Assembly (NCBI GenBank): GCA_963743305.1
Contig: CAVUPH010000018.1
Coordinates: forward strand, 1-64,000
Reading direction: 5' to 3'
Origin: an uncultured delta proteobacterium
GTDB taxonomy: Bacteria > Desulfobacterota > RBG-13-43-22
DNA length: 64,000 bases
The notes below the pieces were generated by a model, which was not told the DNA's origin, ran no database searches, and saw nothing but the letters and a program-made list of their open reading frames with translations. The position numbers and the translations under genes were made by a program. Below, one piece after another: positions 30,872-40,593 of the stretch (position 1 is its first letter; each line of letters begins with the position of its first letter).

Positions 30872-31771
30872 TTATGGTTTTATCGGCTCCGCCTGTTTGA
30901 TCCAGAAAAAGCGTTTGTACTTGTCCCCCTGGTATTCCACCAGAGCCCTGATTTTTTGCGAGGGAATGAAAAACGGCTGGCGTATTTCCGAGAAGAGGAT
31001 TATTTCTTCGGTTTCTTTGTCCTGCAGAAAATTGGGATAGCCCTTTACCGCCTCGGATTTATCCACCCGGACCATCACCCGGGTGATCTCTTTTTCGGGA
31101 TTCAGGCCCAGGGGGTTCCCGGATAAGGGACTGCTTTCCAGGACTGTCCCCCAGAGGATCGCCCGGCGGGTTTCCAGGGAACTTTCGGGCAGGTTGGTTT
31201 TTCCCTTTTGGATGCCCTTTCCTATAGGATAAAGTCCTGCCTTCGAAGGGGGGATTGGATAATCAAACGGGGTTTCTGGCTTGGTTTCTCCCGTTTCTGA
31301 AGGGAAGGTGAGCCGGGAAGGGCTGGATGTGGATGAGGGTTCATTTTTTTGTCGATCGGGTGCCGGGCCGTAGAGCCGGACCCATTGAGCCACTTTATAC
31401 TCCCCTTTCCAGATAAAGGCCTGGGGAAAAGATCTTTCTATCCGGGAGAGCAGTTGACGTGCCGGTTTTTCCTGTTTGAATTGTCCGATCCGGACGGCAT
31501 AGAGCGAGCCTTTTTTTTCAATCCGTAGGGCTTCCCGATGGGCGGGTCCGAACTTCCGTTGGATGGATCGGCATTGGTTTTCGGCATTTTTTATTTTTTG
31601 ATAAATCCCGACCTGGACACTGTAGATTTCGGCTCCGAAAACAGTTCCGGGGCCAATCAACATGACTGTCAGCAATAATAAAAACGCCCGTTTCAACAAT
31701 GATAACCTCGCAAAAAGCTTGAGAATGACCTTCCGTTCGGCAAGAGACCCCGCGGCCGGAAGGGCCCTCAC
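30872..31771 (-). CDS. secreted SPOR-domain protein; start uncertain
   Basis: Signal-like segment, YSVQVG, YAVRIGQF and FPQAFI. Confidence 0.7.
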   Translation of the reverse strand: MRALPAAGSLAERKVILKLFARLSLLKRAFLLLLTVMLIGPGTVFGAEIYSVQVGIYQKIKNAENQCRSIQRKFGPAHREALRIEKKGSLYAVRIGQFKQEKPARQLLSRIERSFPQAFIWKGEYKVAQWVRLYGPAPDRQKNEPSSTSSPSRLTFPSETGETKPETPFDYPIPPSKAGLYPIGKGIQKGKTNLPESSLETRRAILWGTVLESSPLSGNPLGLNPEKEITRVMVRVDKSEAVKGYPNFLQDKETEEIILFSEIRQPFFIPSQKIRALVEYQGDKYKRFFWIKQAEPIKP

Positions 31772-31982
31772 TTCATTTGAATATTGATTTGGTCCAGACC
31801 GGATGCCCTAATTTTACGTGGATTTGTCAGACTGTCAACTCTTAAACATTAACGGTAAGGGCAAATCAATTGCCTCTACGGGTAGGGTAGGGCCGTCGAA
31901 TCTGCGGGAAGGATTTTTCTTAATAAACCCATTTCTTATAACGGACTTTACAAAAGGGAGCAAAACAAATATATTTTTACCT

Positions 31983-32940
31983 ATGAAGTGGCCTATCTTC
32001 TTTCGCCAAAATACTTTTCACCCTGGTTGGGCTATTGGCTATAGCCCCTGATCTGGCTGCCCAAGAGCCGATGGCCCCCTTCTTTCTCATGGGCGACGGC
32101 TGGTTGCATATTCGGAATGCCCAGAATAACCTGGAGATCAAGGTCAATCTGCTCAACGCCGACGGATCCTTGAACGATTCGGCCTTGAGCCAGGTCGACA
32201 CTGTTTTTGGCTTTTCCACTAAGGGTCAGGGAGAGCATATCTCGCCTCGATTGCTCTTTATGCTCGATTACTTCTCGGATCTAGTGGCGCCGGGGAAATT
32301 GATTCACCTTCATTCCGGATACCGGAATCCGGAATACAACAGCAAGCTTAAGCAGGCGGGGCTAACCGTGGCCAAGACCAGCCTGCATATAGACGGCATG
32401 GCCCTGGATTTCTCCATCGAGGGGGTGAAAGGCCGGGATCTCTGGGAAATCATCCGGCAGAAGAACTGCTGCGGTGTTGGTCATTACGGCGGCGAGATCG
32501 TTCACCTGGATGCCGGCCGGCCCCGATTCTGGGAGAAGGCCACGGCCGGAGTCGGCACCGGCGAGAGCGATTATAACCGGCGCCTGACCCTCTCCACGGA
32601 ATTTGATCGCTACCGGCCCGGACAAAGGGTGCGGGTCATTTTGGCCTCATTGAGTGACTTGGGGTTTGGGATCAACCGGTCGGGTGTCCTGGTCGGTGAT
32701 CGGGAAGGGGAAGAATCCGTCGCCGGTTTGAACCTCCAAAACAGCGACAGCCAGGACTGTATTTTTATTCAGGACCGGAGGGCTACCCGTTTTATTTATT
32801 TTGACCTCCCCCCGGAAATCACGGAAGGCCGCTACCGGATTCGTCTTGACTTTTGCCGACGGCCTTTTGAGCAGATGCCGTTCAAGGCCGTGTCCAATGA
32901 GATCGAGATATGGAGCTCACTGAAGAAATCAGAAAAATAG
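31983..32940 (+). CDS. DUF882/YcbK peptidase M15-family protein; signal peptide split by a 1-nt frameshift near 32000
   Basis: SGYRNPEYN, SLHIDGMALD, VGHY and VHLDAG. Confidence 0.8.
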
Positions 32941-33338
32941 CCGAGGGAATTCCGGCCGAACTGAAAGAAGAGAAGCACGGCTTTCTATTGGAATGGGTGG
33001 TGGCGGAGAGAAAAAGCTTTCTGTCGAAAAAGAAGCTGGTCTATCAGGCGAAAATTCACCTGGATCGGGAACGGAATGAGCTTCGCTTCTCCGAAAGGCT
33101 GAAAGAAAGCGGATTCGGACTTTCCGCCGGCGGATCGGCCGATGATCTCAGTCCCGGCTTTGGTTTCAAGACCGAAACCTACCGCAGCGGTTCGGGCCCG
33201 AGAGTAGGGACCCTGGAGGAACAGTCCAACCTGTTCGGACGCAAATATGAGTACCGATTTGACTTCGGCCTGATCCGGCGGTCCATCGAAGCTAAAACCG
33301 TCGAGGCCGGGTACCGGTTCGTATATTCCATTTTCTAA
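32910..33338 (+). CDS. hypothetical protein
   Basis: ORF overlapping the upstream stop; AERKSFLSKKKL. Confidence 0.6.
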   Translation: MELTEEIRKIAEGIPAELKEEKHGFLLEWVVAERKSFLSKKKLVYQAKIHLDRERNELRFSERLKESGFGLSAGGSADDLSPGFGFKTETYRSGSGPRVGTLEEQSNLFGRKYEYRFDFGLIRRSIEAKTVEAGYRFVYSIF

Positions 33339-33362
33339 TAACGCGAGTTTGAATCGAACCGG

Positions 33363-33641
33363 TTATTTTCCGCCGGAGAAAAAGGTCATCCAAACCCCCA
33401 ATACCATAAAAAGCACCCCGGCCCCCATTTTTATCATCTGGGGTGGGATCAGCTTGTGGACGACCCCTCCCAGGAGCACTCCCAGCAGGGAAGTCAGGAC
33501 CAGTGCCCCGGCCGAACCTAAAAAGACGGCCAGACGTGATGAGCTGTTGGCTGAAAAGGCAAAAGTGGCCAACTGGGTCTTATCCCCCAATTCAGCCAGA
33601 AAGATCATCCCGAAGGTAGTGAACAAGGTTTTATAGTCCAT
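33363..33641 (-). CDS. TMEM165/GDT1-family protein
   Basis: FLAELGDKTQLAT signature. Confidence 0.92.
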   Translation of the reverse strand: MDYKTLFTTFGMIFLAELGDKTQLATFAFSANSSSRLAVFLGSAGALVLTSLLGVLLGGVVHKLIPPQMIKMGAGVLFMVLGVWMTFFSGGK

Positions 33642-33744
33642 GAAATTCTCCCGAGTGTATTTTATTATAACATTCGATTTTAAGGGTGTATATTTACCTG
33701 ATTTTAATACCGGATGACAACCCCATTATTTAAAGGAGGACAAA

Positions 33745-33858
33745 ATGGCTGAATGCTTCTATCCCAAGGACGGCCGCAAGTATATTCCACAACTGAAGGA
33801 GCTGAAACCCGAACTCTTCGAATCCTTCATATCCCTGGAAACCTTGGATCCCAAATAA
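33745..33858 (+). CDS. 37-aa ORF resembling the N-terminus of a carboxymuconolactone decarboxylase/AhpD protein (possibly truncated)
   Basis: Strong SD AAGGAGG; MAECFYPKDGRKYIPQLKELKPELFESFISLETLDPK*. Confidence 0.45.
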   Translation: MAECFYPKDGRKYIPQLKELKPELFESFISLETLDPK

Positions 33859-33893
33859 AGGGGGAAAACGATCGGGGGGAGTTGAACCTATCT

Positions 33894-34394
33894 ATGGCGA
33901 ATATCCTTTGTTTTACCAGAAATCGATGCACCACCGTGGAAAGGGTGGATGATCAGACGACCCGATCCACCTGCCGCGTCCAGGATACGCTGATGGAGGC
34001 CTGGGTGGAGATCCTGGTTAAGTCTCCCGACCTGGAAATCGTTGAGGTGAGGGGTCAAGTCAGACGGTCCGGTGAAGGGGACCGGGCCGACATCTCCCCG
34101 GATCTGCAACAAGTCCTCGGCGCCCGGGTGGGGCCGGGGATCAAGAAAATCATTCGGGGTCTTATCGCCAGCGGGCCAATGCGGGAAACGTTATCCAACC
34201 TTTTAGATGAATGCTGTAACGGCGTCATCCTCTCTTTTACCCGGGACGTCCTGGTACTGGCCCCCCGGGACCGGGCCGGCGAGAAGGACTTTTTTTCCAG
34301 CATGGTTCGGGCCAATCCCAGGTTGTACAACAGTTGCGCGGCCCTTTCCGCGGACAGCCCGCTGATGGCGGACCTGGTTCTTGAAAAGGACTAA
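33894..34394 (+). CDS. DUF2889-like protein
   Basis: FTRNR, LGARVGPG, LLDECC and LYNSC; paralogous to the N-terminus of the next gene. Confidence 0.6.
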   Translation: MANILCFTRNRCTTVERVDDQTTRSTCRVQDTLMEAWVEILVKSPDLEIVEVRGQVRRSGEGDRADISPDLQQVLGARVGPGIKKIIRGLIASGPMRETLSNLLDECCNGVILSFTRDVLVLAPRDRAGEKDFFSSMVRANPRLYNSCAALSADSPLMADLVLEKD

Positions 34395-34458
34395 CCAAAA
34401 TTTAAATATTTTTGGTTAAAACTCGAAATCCAAATTTCGAAACTCGAAACAAATTCAA

Positions 34459-35580
34459 ATGCTAAAATTCGCTAGAAATAAACTGACCAGCGTTTACCGG
34501 AAGGGTGAAGACCGGTTGTCGGTTCATGGGGTATTGGAAGACGACATCTACGGCCTGGAGATTGACCTGGACCTGAGTCTCTCCGGTTTGGAGGTCCTGT
34601 CCATCCAGGGGCGCTGGAATCGGATGGAGAATGCGGAATGCCCCCGGGCCCTCCCGTTTCTACAGGAGGCGGTGGGATTCCGGATCGATCAGGATTTTAC
34701 CCAGAAAGTTCAAAAGATCGTGGGCCGAAGGTCCTGCCGACATTTTGCGGATTTGATTCTGGAGTGCGGCGAAGCGGCTCGAGATGCCGCCCGGCTCATC
34801 CGGGGAAAGGATCCGGAACTTCAAAGGCCGGAGATGGAGGTCCAGGACTATTTCGGGAAGGCCGGTGAGTCGGGAAAAACCGAGGCCCCGTCCGACTTTT
34901 CCGTTGAGGGAAAAGTGGCGGAACGCGGCCGGGAGGTCTCCCGGGGAATGGTGATCGACCTCCATGTCCATTCCTCCCCGGCCTCCCCCTGCAGTTCCAA
35001 TCCGCTGGAGCGGCTGATTGGAGAGGCCCGGGCCATCGGCCTGGATGGAATCTGCCTGACCGATCACCATCATGTTTGGGATCCGGCAGAGGTGGAAGAC
35101 CTCCGCCAAAAACACGGCTTTCTGATTCTGAGAGGAAATGAAATCACTACGGACCAGGGAGATATCCTGGTTTTGGGTCTGGAAGAGGATATTCAGGGGG
35201 TGATTCGACTGGAAGAACTCCGGGAAAGGGCGGTGAAGGCCGGCGCTTTTATGATCGCGGCCCATCCCTTCCGCGGTTTTCTGACCTTCGGGATCGGGTA
35301 TCTCGGCCTGACGTCGGAAAAGGCCGGGGAGCGGCCGGTCTTCCAGGGGGTGGATGCCGTGGAGGTCTTGAACGGCCGGGTATCCGAAAAAGAAAACCGC
35401 TTTGCCGCCCGAGTGGCGGAAGGTCTCGGGCTGCCGCTGACCGGTGGGAGCGACGCCCATCAGGCCGGGGAAGTGGGCCGGTACGCCACCCGCTTTGCCG
35501 ACCCGATTCATGATGAACGAGATCTGGTCGAGGCTTTGAGAAAAGGCCGGTTTTCCCCGGTAGTCTTTCGAAAACAGTAA
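34459..35580 (+). CDS. DUF2889-like domain fused to a PHP-family phosphoesterase
   Basis: CPRA and SCRHFADLILEC, then IDLHVHS, LTDHH, AAHPFR and GGSDAH. Confidence 0.8.
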   Translation: MLKFARNKLTSVYRKGEDRLSVHGVLEDDIYGLEIDLDLSLSGLEVLSIQGRWNRMENAECPRALPFLQEAVGFRIDQDFTQKVQKIVGRRSCRHFADLILECGEAARDAARLIRGKDPELQRPEMEVQDYFGKAGESGKTEAPSDFSVEGKVAERGREVSRGMVIDLHVHSSPASPCSSNPLERLIGEARAIGLDGICLTDHHHVWDPAEVEDLRQKHGFLILRGNEITTDQGDILVLGLEEDIQGVIRLEELRERAVKAGAFMIAAHPFRGFLTFGIGYLGLTSEKAGERPVFQGVDAVEVLNGRVSEKENRFAARVAEGLGLPLTGGSDAHQAGEVGRYATRFADPIHDERDLVEALRKGRFSPVVFRKQ

Positions 35581-35683
35581 GCGGCTGTTTGCTAAACCAC
35601 TATCCGCATATATTAATTCTTCAGCCTGCCGAGAGCCAGACGGCAACGGGGGCTGGATCTACTATGATATACCTCGAACGTTA

Positions 35684-37141
35684 TTGGCTAAAATTATGAT
35701 AACGGATGAAACGGTAATGAACGCGCCCCGGAACTGGGAAAAGATCGTTCGACGGATGGAGCAGTTGTTGCGGCTGAAATCTTTTCCGGTGGCCTTCAAG
35801 ATGCTGGAGAACAAGGCGGAGCTGGAGGCCATTCCCTTCATTCGCCGCCTGGACAAAAAAGTCACCCTCTGCCAGTTGATTACCCTGGCCCGAAACTTCG
35901 ACTGGACGGTGGGTGCGGAAGGAGACGACTTTCTCTCCCCCACCTGCCCCTCCATCCTGGGCCTGACCGAGGTGCCGGAAATAAACCGGGACGGGACCTT
36001 CCGCAGCATTGTCTGGGTCAAGACCCGGGAGGAAGCCCAAAAGTTCGAGGCCGCCATCCCTCGCCTGCCCCTGGGAAAATACCAAGCCGTAGTCCTGGCA
36101 CCCCTGGTCTACAAACCTTTTGAGCCCGATATCGTCCTGATCTACGCCAATCCGGCCCAAATGATACTCCTGATCAATGCCCTCCAATTTGAAAAATACG
36201 AAGTGATGCAGTTTTATTGTGTGGGAGAGTCTTCCTGTTCGGATGCCATTTCTCGCTGTTACCTGACGGGAAAACCCTCGCTGACCATTCCCTGCTATGG
36301 GGAGCGGCGCTACGGCCACGCCCAGGATGAAGACCTGGTGATGGCCTTGTCGCCAGAGGATATGGAAAAAGCTTTAAGAGGGCTGGAGACCCTCTACCGG
36401 AGGGGCATCCGCTATCCCATCAGTTATGCGGGGGCCGAACAGGACCTCACCCGGGCCTTTCCCGGGTCCTATAACGGCCTGGGGCAACTGGAAGCGATCC
36501 GGGGCCGGGATGAGCGATTTCTCCTGGGCGTGACCGGAGGCATTGCCTGCGGAAAGACCACCGTGGTCAACCTGCTTCGGGCGAAGGGAGCTGCGGTGAT
36601 CGACTTCGATCTTTTGGCCAGAAGCGTGGTGGAGCCCGATAAACCGGCCTGGAAGGATATTGTGGCCTACTTCGGGGAACAGGTCCTCCAGGAAGATCGG
36701 AGCCTGGATCGAAAAAAGTTGTCGGAGATCGTCTTCCAGGATCTGGAGAAACGGAAAAGACTTGAGGGGTTCACCCATCCCCGGATACTCGGGGAGTTTA
36801 TTCAGGAGCTGAATACAATCGTCTCCGCTAACCCTCAGGCCATTGTCCTGGTGGACATTCCGCTGTTGATCGAGCTGAACCTTCAGTATCTGTTTCATAA
36901 ACTCCTGGTGGTTTATGTGCCGGAAGAAGAACAGATCCAACGACTGATGAAGCGGGACGCCATCAGCCGGGAGGAGGCGGCCGGTCGGCTCCAGGCGCAG
37001 CTTCCCATTGATGAGAAGGTGGGCTACGCGGATTTTGTCATCCACAATGAAGGCTCGCTGGAAGAGACAAGAAAACAGGTGGATGCGCTTTGGAATAAGC
37101 TAAAGCAGCTCCAAGAGGAAAAGACGAAGCAGGTTTTTTAG
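35684..37141 (+). CDS. coaE: DUF169 - dephospho-CoA kinase fusion
   Basis: N-half has CQ, C, SSCSD and PCYGER (DUF169-like); C-half has GVTGGIACGKTT, LDRKKL, THPRI, DIPLLIE and ADFVIHN. Confidence 0.85.
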   Translation: MAKIMITDETVMNAPRNWEKIVRRMEQLLRLKSFPVAFKMLENKAELEAIPFIRRLDKKVTLCQLITLARNFDWTVGAEGDDFLSPTCPSILGLTEVPEINRDGTFRSIVWVKTREEAQKFEAAIPRLPLGKYQAVVLAPLVYKPFEPDIVLIYANPAQMILLINALQFEKYEVMQFYCVGESSCSDAISRCYLTGKPSLTIPCYGERRYGHAQDEDLVMALSPEDMEKALRGLETLYRRGIRYPISYAGAEQDLTRAFPGSYNGLGQLEAIRGRDERFLLGVTGGIACGKTTVVNLLRAKGAAVIDFDLLARSVVEPDKPAWKDIVAYFGEQVLQEDRSLDRKKLSEIVFQDLEKRKRLEGFTHPRILGEFIQELNTIVSANPQAIVLVDIPLLIELNLQYLFHKLLVVYVPEEEQIQRLMKRDAISREEAAGRLQAQLPIDEKVGYADFVIHNEGSLEETRKQVDALWNKLKQLQEEKTKQVF

Positions 37142-37152
37142 AGGTTATTTCT

Positions 37153-37236
37153 CGTCATCCCCGAATGTCTTTATCGGGGATCCAATGTCCCCAGAGAAAA
37201 ACCTGGATTCCCGCTGAAAAGCGCTGCGGGAATGAT
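37153..37236. repeat. REP-type element (GTCATCCCCG...GGATCC / GGATTCCCGC...GCGGGAATGA class)
   Basis: Closely similar to 38909-38992; half copies at 44077-44104 and 57841-57869. Confidence 0.75.
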
Positions 37237-37314
37237 GCTCCATGATTTGGTTTTATTTTGAGACCGGTTAAAACAAGAGAATCTTTAAATCCGAAATCCG
37301 ACCATGGTAATCCC

Positions 37315-38682
37315 ATGAAAAATAACCCTTTGCCCTCTAATTTACAGGACCTCCCCCGGATGCTCTATGCCGATGAGCAGGGAAGGATTTTTGAACATCC
37401 TTATTTGCGGATGGCCGGGTTCTTCGGACGCCATCCGGCCCCCATCGCTAAGGATGATCTGATCCCCATGCCGGAATTCAGCAAGCTTTTCTATCTGCCG
37501 GGGTGTGCGCCCCTGGGCCGGGACCCGGAGACCGGTGAATACCGCCTGGTTTCCGAGATCCTCGTCGCCGGGGAAAAGATTCGTTGTTCAGCCGTGGCGG
37601 CCTTCCCCGAACCGGGGCTGGTGCGCAGCCATTTGCCGGCGGCGGACTATCGGTACCGGGAAGTGCCCCTGCCCCTTTGGGGGTATACGGCTGTGGGCTT
37701 CAAACGGGGCCGCTACCGGATCGCCGCCTTCCGGATTGAATCCAACTTCCGGTGGGACCCGCGCAATTTCGATGACCGAGAATTGATGCCGGCTATTCGG
37801 CGCTATCAAAAGAAGCAGGCTGGGGGGCCCCTCTTGGAACACCTCATCGGCTGCGCTGTTCAAAACCACTGTTTCGCCGCCAAGAACCTTTTTTTGGGCC
37901 GCTGGGAGGCACCCCTGCCGGTGAGTCGCCGCTGCAACGCCCGCTGCCTGGGTTGTCTTTCCCTGCAGGGAAAAGAGACCTGCGCCGCTTCCCATCAGCG
38001 CATCGGCTTTAAACCGGATCGGGAAGAGATCGTCTCCCTCGCCGTGCGGCATCTCCGGCAGGCCCCGGATGCGGTAGTCAGCTTTGGACAGGGCTGCGAA
38101 GGGGAGCCCTTAACCGAATACCGGCTGATTGCCGACAGTATCCGGGAGATCCGTCGCCGGACCGACCGGGGAACTATCAATCTCAATACCAACGGCAGCC
38201 TGCCGGAGCGGATTCGGCTGTTGGCCCAAAACGGGCTGGACAGCATCCGGATCAGCCTGAACAGCGCCCGTCCCTCGTTTTACCAGGCCTATTATCGTCC
38301 CCAGGGGTATGCTTTTAAGGAGGTGGTCACCTCCCTAAAAACGGCTGTGGATCAGGGCTTGTTTACCATGGTCAATTACCTGGTTTTCCCGGGCATCACC
38401 GACCAGGAGTCGGAGTTGAGGGCCATACAAAAAGTAATCCGCCGCACCGGCCTGAATTTTCTGCATCTCAAAAATTTAAATATCGACCCCGAGTTTTATC
38501 TGAGCCGGTTGCCCGTTTCCAGATCTCCCTCCCTAGGGCATAAAAATATGGTGACCGTGCTAAAAAAGGAATTTCCCGAGATGCAACTGGGGTACTTTAA
38601 CCAAGCGGTTAAGCGAAAAAGATCGCGGGTTCAATACGAAAATAGGGTCCAAGCTCACCAGCGCTCAGGCCTTTCCCCTTAG
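37315..38682 (+). CDS. radical SAM protein of unknown function
   Basis: CNARCLGC, FGQGCEGEP and NLNTNGS. Confidence 0.85.
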   Translation: MKNNPLPSNLQDLPRMLYADEQGRIFEHPYLRMAGFFGRHPAPIAKDDLIPMPEFSKLFYLPGCAPLGRDPETGEYRLVSEILVAGEKIRCSAVAAFPEPGLVRSHLPAADYRYREVPLPLWGYTAVGFKRGRYRIAAFRIESNFRWDPRNFDDRELMPAIRRYQKKQAGGPLLEHLIGCAVQNHCFAAKNLFLGRWEAPLPVSRRCNARCLGCLSLQGKETCAASHQRIGFKPDREEIVSLAVRHLRQAPDAVVSFGQGCEGEPLTEYRLIADSIREIRRRTDRGTINLNTNGSLPERIRLLAQNGLDSIRISLNSARPSFYQAYYRPQGYAFKEVVTSLKTAVDQGLFTMVNYLVFPGITDQESELRAIQKVIRRTGLNFLHLKNLNIDPEFYLSRLPVSRSPSLGHKNMVTVLKKEFPEMQLGYFNQAVKRKRSRVQYENRVQAHQRSGLSP

Positions 38683-38683
38683 G

Positions 38684-38992
38684 CTATTTCATGCTTCGTG
38701 GCCTCAGGAGGCCATGGGGGTTATACTATCAAGCGCCACCTTGGGCATTGTTTTTACCGTCATGCCGGAAACGATCTGGCATCCAGGTACTTTGAGAGTT
38801 AACCGAGGCCTGGATTCCGGATCGCGCTTCGCTTGTCCGGAATGACGAGATGACTCGATCCGTTCAAAGCCTAATTACATGCTTCGCAGGTGGCCCTGAT
38901 GAAAAACTCGTCACACCCGAATGCTTTTATCGGGGATCCACTCCTCTTCTCGAGGACCTGGATTCCCGCTCAAGAGCGCTGCGGGAATGACG
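38684..38992. repeat. cluster of REP-like palindromes
   Basis: TTTCATGCTTCG.GG motifs, GTCATGCCGG...TCCGGAATGACG (38758-38847) and a copy of the 37153 element (38909-38992). Confidence 0.65.
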
Positions 38993-39047
38993 ATCTTCTT
39001 TGAAGTGGTGGCCATTGAGGGACCAGTTAGAGGTCAAAAAAGCAATC

Positions 39048-39431
39048 ATGCGTCCTCTCGACCTTTCCATGGATGAATTTGAAAAGATGACCTCCCAGGC
39101 TATCAGGGAGATACCGGAAGATTTCCTGGAAGCCCTGGAAAATGTGGAAGTCTTTGTGGAGGAGGAAGCCGGACCGGAGGTCTTGGACGAAGTGGAGATC
39201 GGCTTCCCGGGCAATCTCCTGGGTCTTTATCAGGGCGTACCCCGGGGTGAGCAGAGCGCCTTTAACCCCCCGCCCATCCTGCCGCACCGGATTATACTCT
39301 TCCGTCGCCCGATCCTCCGGATATGCCGAAACCGGAGGGAAGTGGTAGAACAAATAAAAAAAACCCTGGTCCATGAAATTGCCCATCATTTCGGTTTTTC
39401 TGATAACCGCCTCCGGGATTTGGGTTATTGA
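39048..39431 (+). CDS. minimal zincin metallopeptidase (Zincin_1 type)
   Basis: LLGLYQG, RIILFRRPI and HEIAHHFG. Confidence 0.88.
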   Translation: MRPLDLSMDEFEKMTSQAIREIPEDFLEALENVEVFVEEEAGPEVLDEVEIGFPGNLLGLYQGVPRGEQSAFNPPPILPHRIILFRRPILRICRNRREVVEQIKKTLVHEIAHHFGFSDNRLRDLGY

Positions 39432-39520
39432 GGCCCGTTTTTATGTTTGACAAAGGGGTTTGCTTTTAGATATAGAAAATGACATAAGGGACCGAAGCTC
39501 CACAAGTTAAGGAGGTTGGC

Positions 39521-40453
39521 ATGAGTGCCCAGGGAAAACCAAAGGCCTTGATCTTGGTTATCGACGATGAAATGATCGTCCATCAGAGTATTTCCAGAAT
39601 TCTCGAAGCGGAGGACTATCGAGTGGACGGGGTCCTCCGGGTGGACGAAGCCCTGGAGCGGCTGAATAAAACGCCCTACGATCTGGTGTTGACCGACCTG
39701 ATGATCCCTGAAAAAAGCGGGATGGAGGCGGTCAAGGTCATCGCCCGAGATCATCCCGACATGGGCGTGGTAATGTTTACCGGTTTTCCCACCGTTGATT
39801 CCGCGGTCGAATCGATGAAGCTGGGCTCCCTGGATTACCTGCCCAAGCCCTTCACTCCGGACGAATTGCTGGCCGTGGTTGACCGGTCCCTGGAAAGAAT
39901 CCAAAAAATTCGACGGGAACGAGAACTGGAGGAAATATACTCCGAAGCCGAAATGGCGATCCAGTCCAGTCTGGAACTGAAGGAAATCCTAAATTCCATC
40001 AATGAAAATGTGGTTCGCCTCTTTAAAGTCAAGGGCAGTTCCCTTTTAATCCTCAACAAGAAAAAGGAGACCCTGGAACTGGCTTCCTCCCTGGGGCTTT
40101 CCGAGAGCTACTTGCAGAAGGGGATCATCGACGCCACAAAAAGCGTGCCCGAGGTGCTCAGGTCCAGCGAAGCGGTGGTGGTCCAGGCCGACCAGTTTGA
40201 AAATCAACTTCAGTATCCGGAGGAGGCTCGCCGGGAAGGGATCTCCACGATCCTCTCCTATCCGCTCAAGGTGCAAGACCGGATTTCGGGTATGCTGCGG
40301 CTCTATAGCCAACAGCCCCGTTCTTTCAGCCGGGAGGATCTGGACCTGCTCCAGAAATTCGCCGAGCAGGGAACTAGGGCCATCGAAAACGCCTTGGCTT
40401 ACGCCAAAGTGCGCAACGACCTGGAAGCGCTCCAGAAATACGTCCCGGATTAG
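39521..40453 (+). CDS. REC-GAF response regulator
   Basis: VIDDE, LTDLMIP and LPKPF, then a GAF domain (QYPEEARREGI). Confidence 0.85.
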   Translation: MSAQGKPKALILVIDDEMIVHQSISRILEAEDYRVDGVLRVDEALERLNKTPYDLVLTDLMIPEKSGMEAVKVIARDHPDMGVVMFTGFPTVDSAVESMKLGSLDYLPKPFTPDELLAVVDRSLERIQKIRRERELEEIYSEAEMAIQSSLELKEILNSINENVVRLFKVKGSSLLILNKKKETLELASSLGLSESYLQKGIIDATKSVPEVLRSSEAVVVQADQFENQLQYPEEARREGISTILSYPLKVQDRISGMLRLYSQQPRSFSREDLDLLQKFAEQGTRAIENALAYAKVRNDLEALQKYVPD

Positions 40454-40508
40454 ATTTTTACATCCATTGTCCTGAGAATTGGTCTCTAACAATGGATGTA
40501 AGAATCTA
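40451..40508. repeat. inverted repeat; a related half copy lies near 61544
   Basis: TAGATTTTTACATCCATTGT / ACAATGGATGTAAGAATCTA. Confidence 0.6.
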
Positions 40509-40593
40509 AATTAATAGACGTTAGCTTTAAATCTGTTATGTGGTTTTTTTATAGCCAAAAATATTTCTAATATTTTTGGCTCGGGAGAAGAAA

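Noticed and set aside
37153-38992. REP-like repeats as a CRISPR array
   Set aside because: They are dispersed imperfect palindromes with no regular repeat-spacer periodicity and no cas genes.
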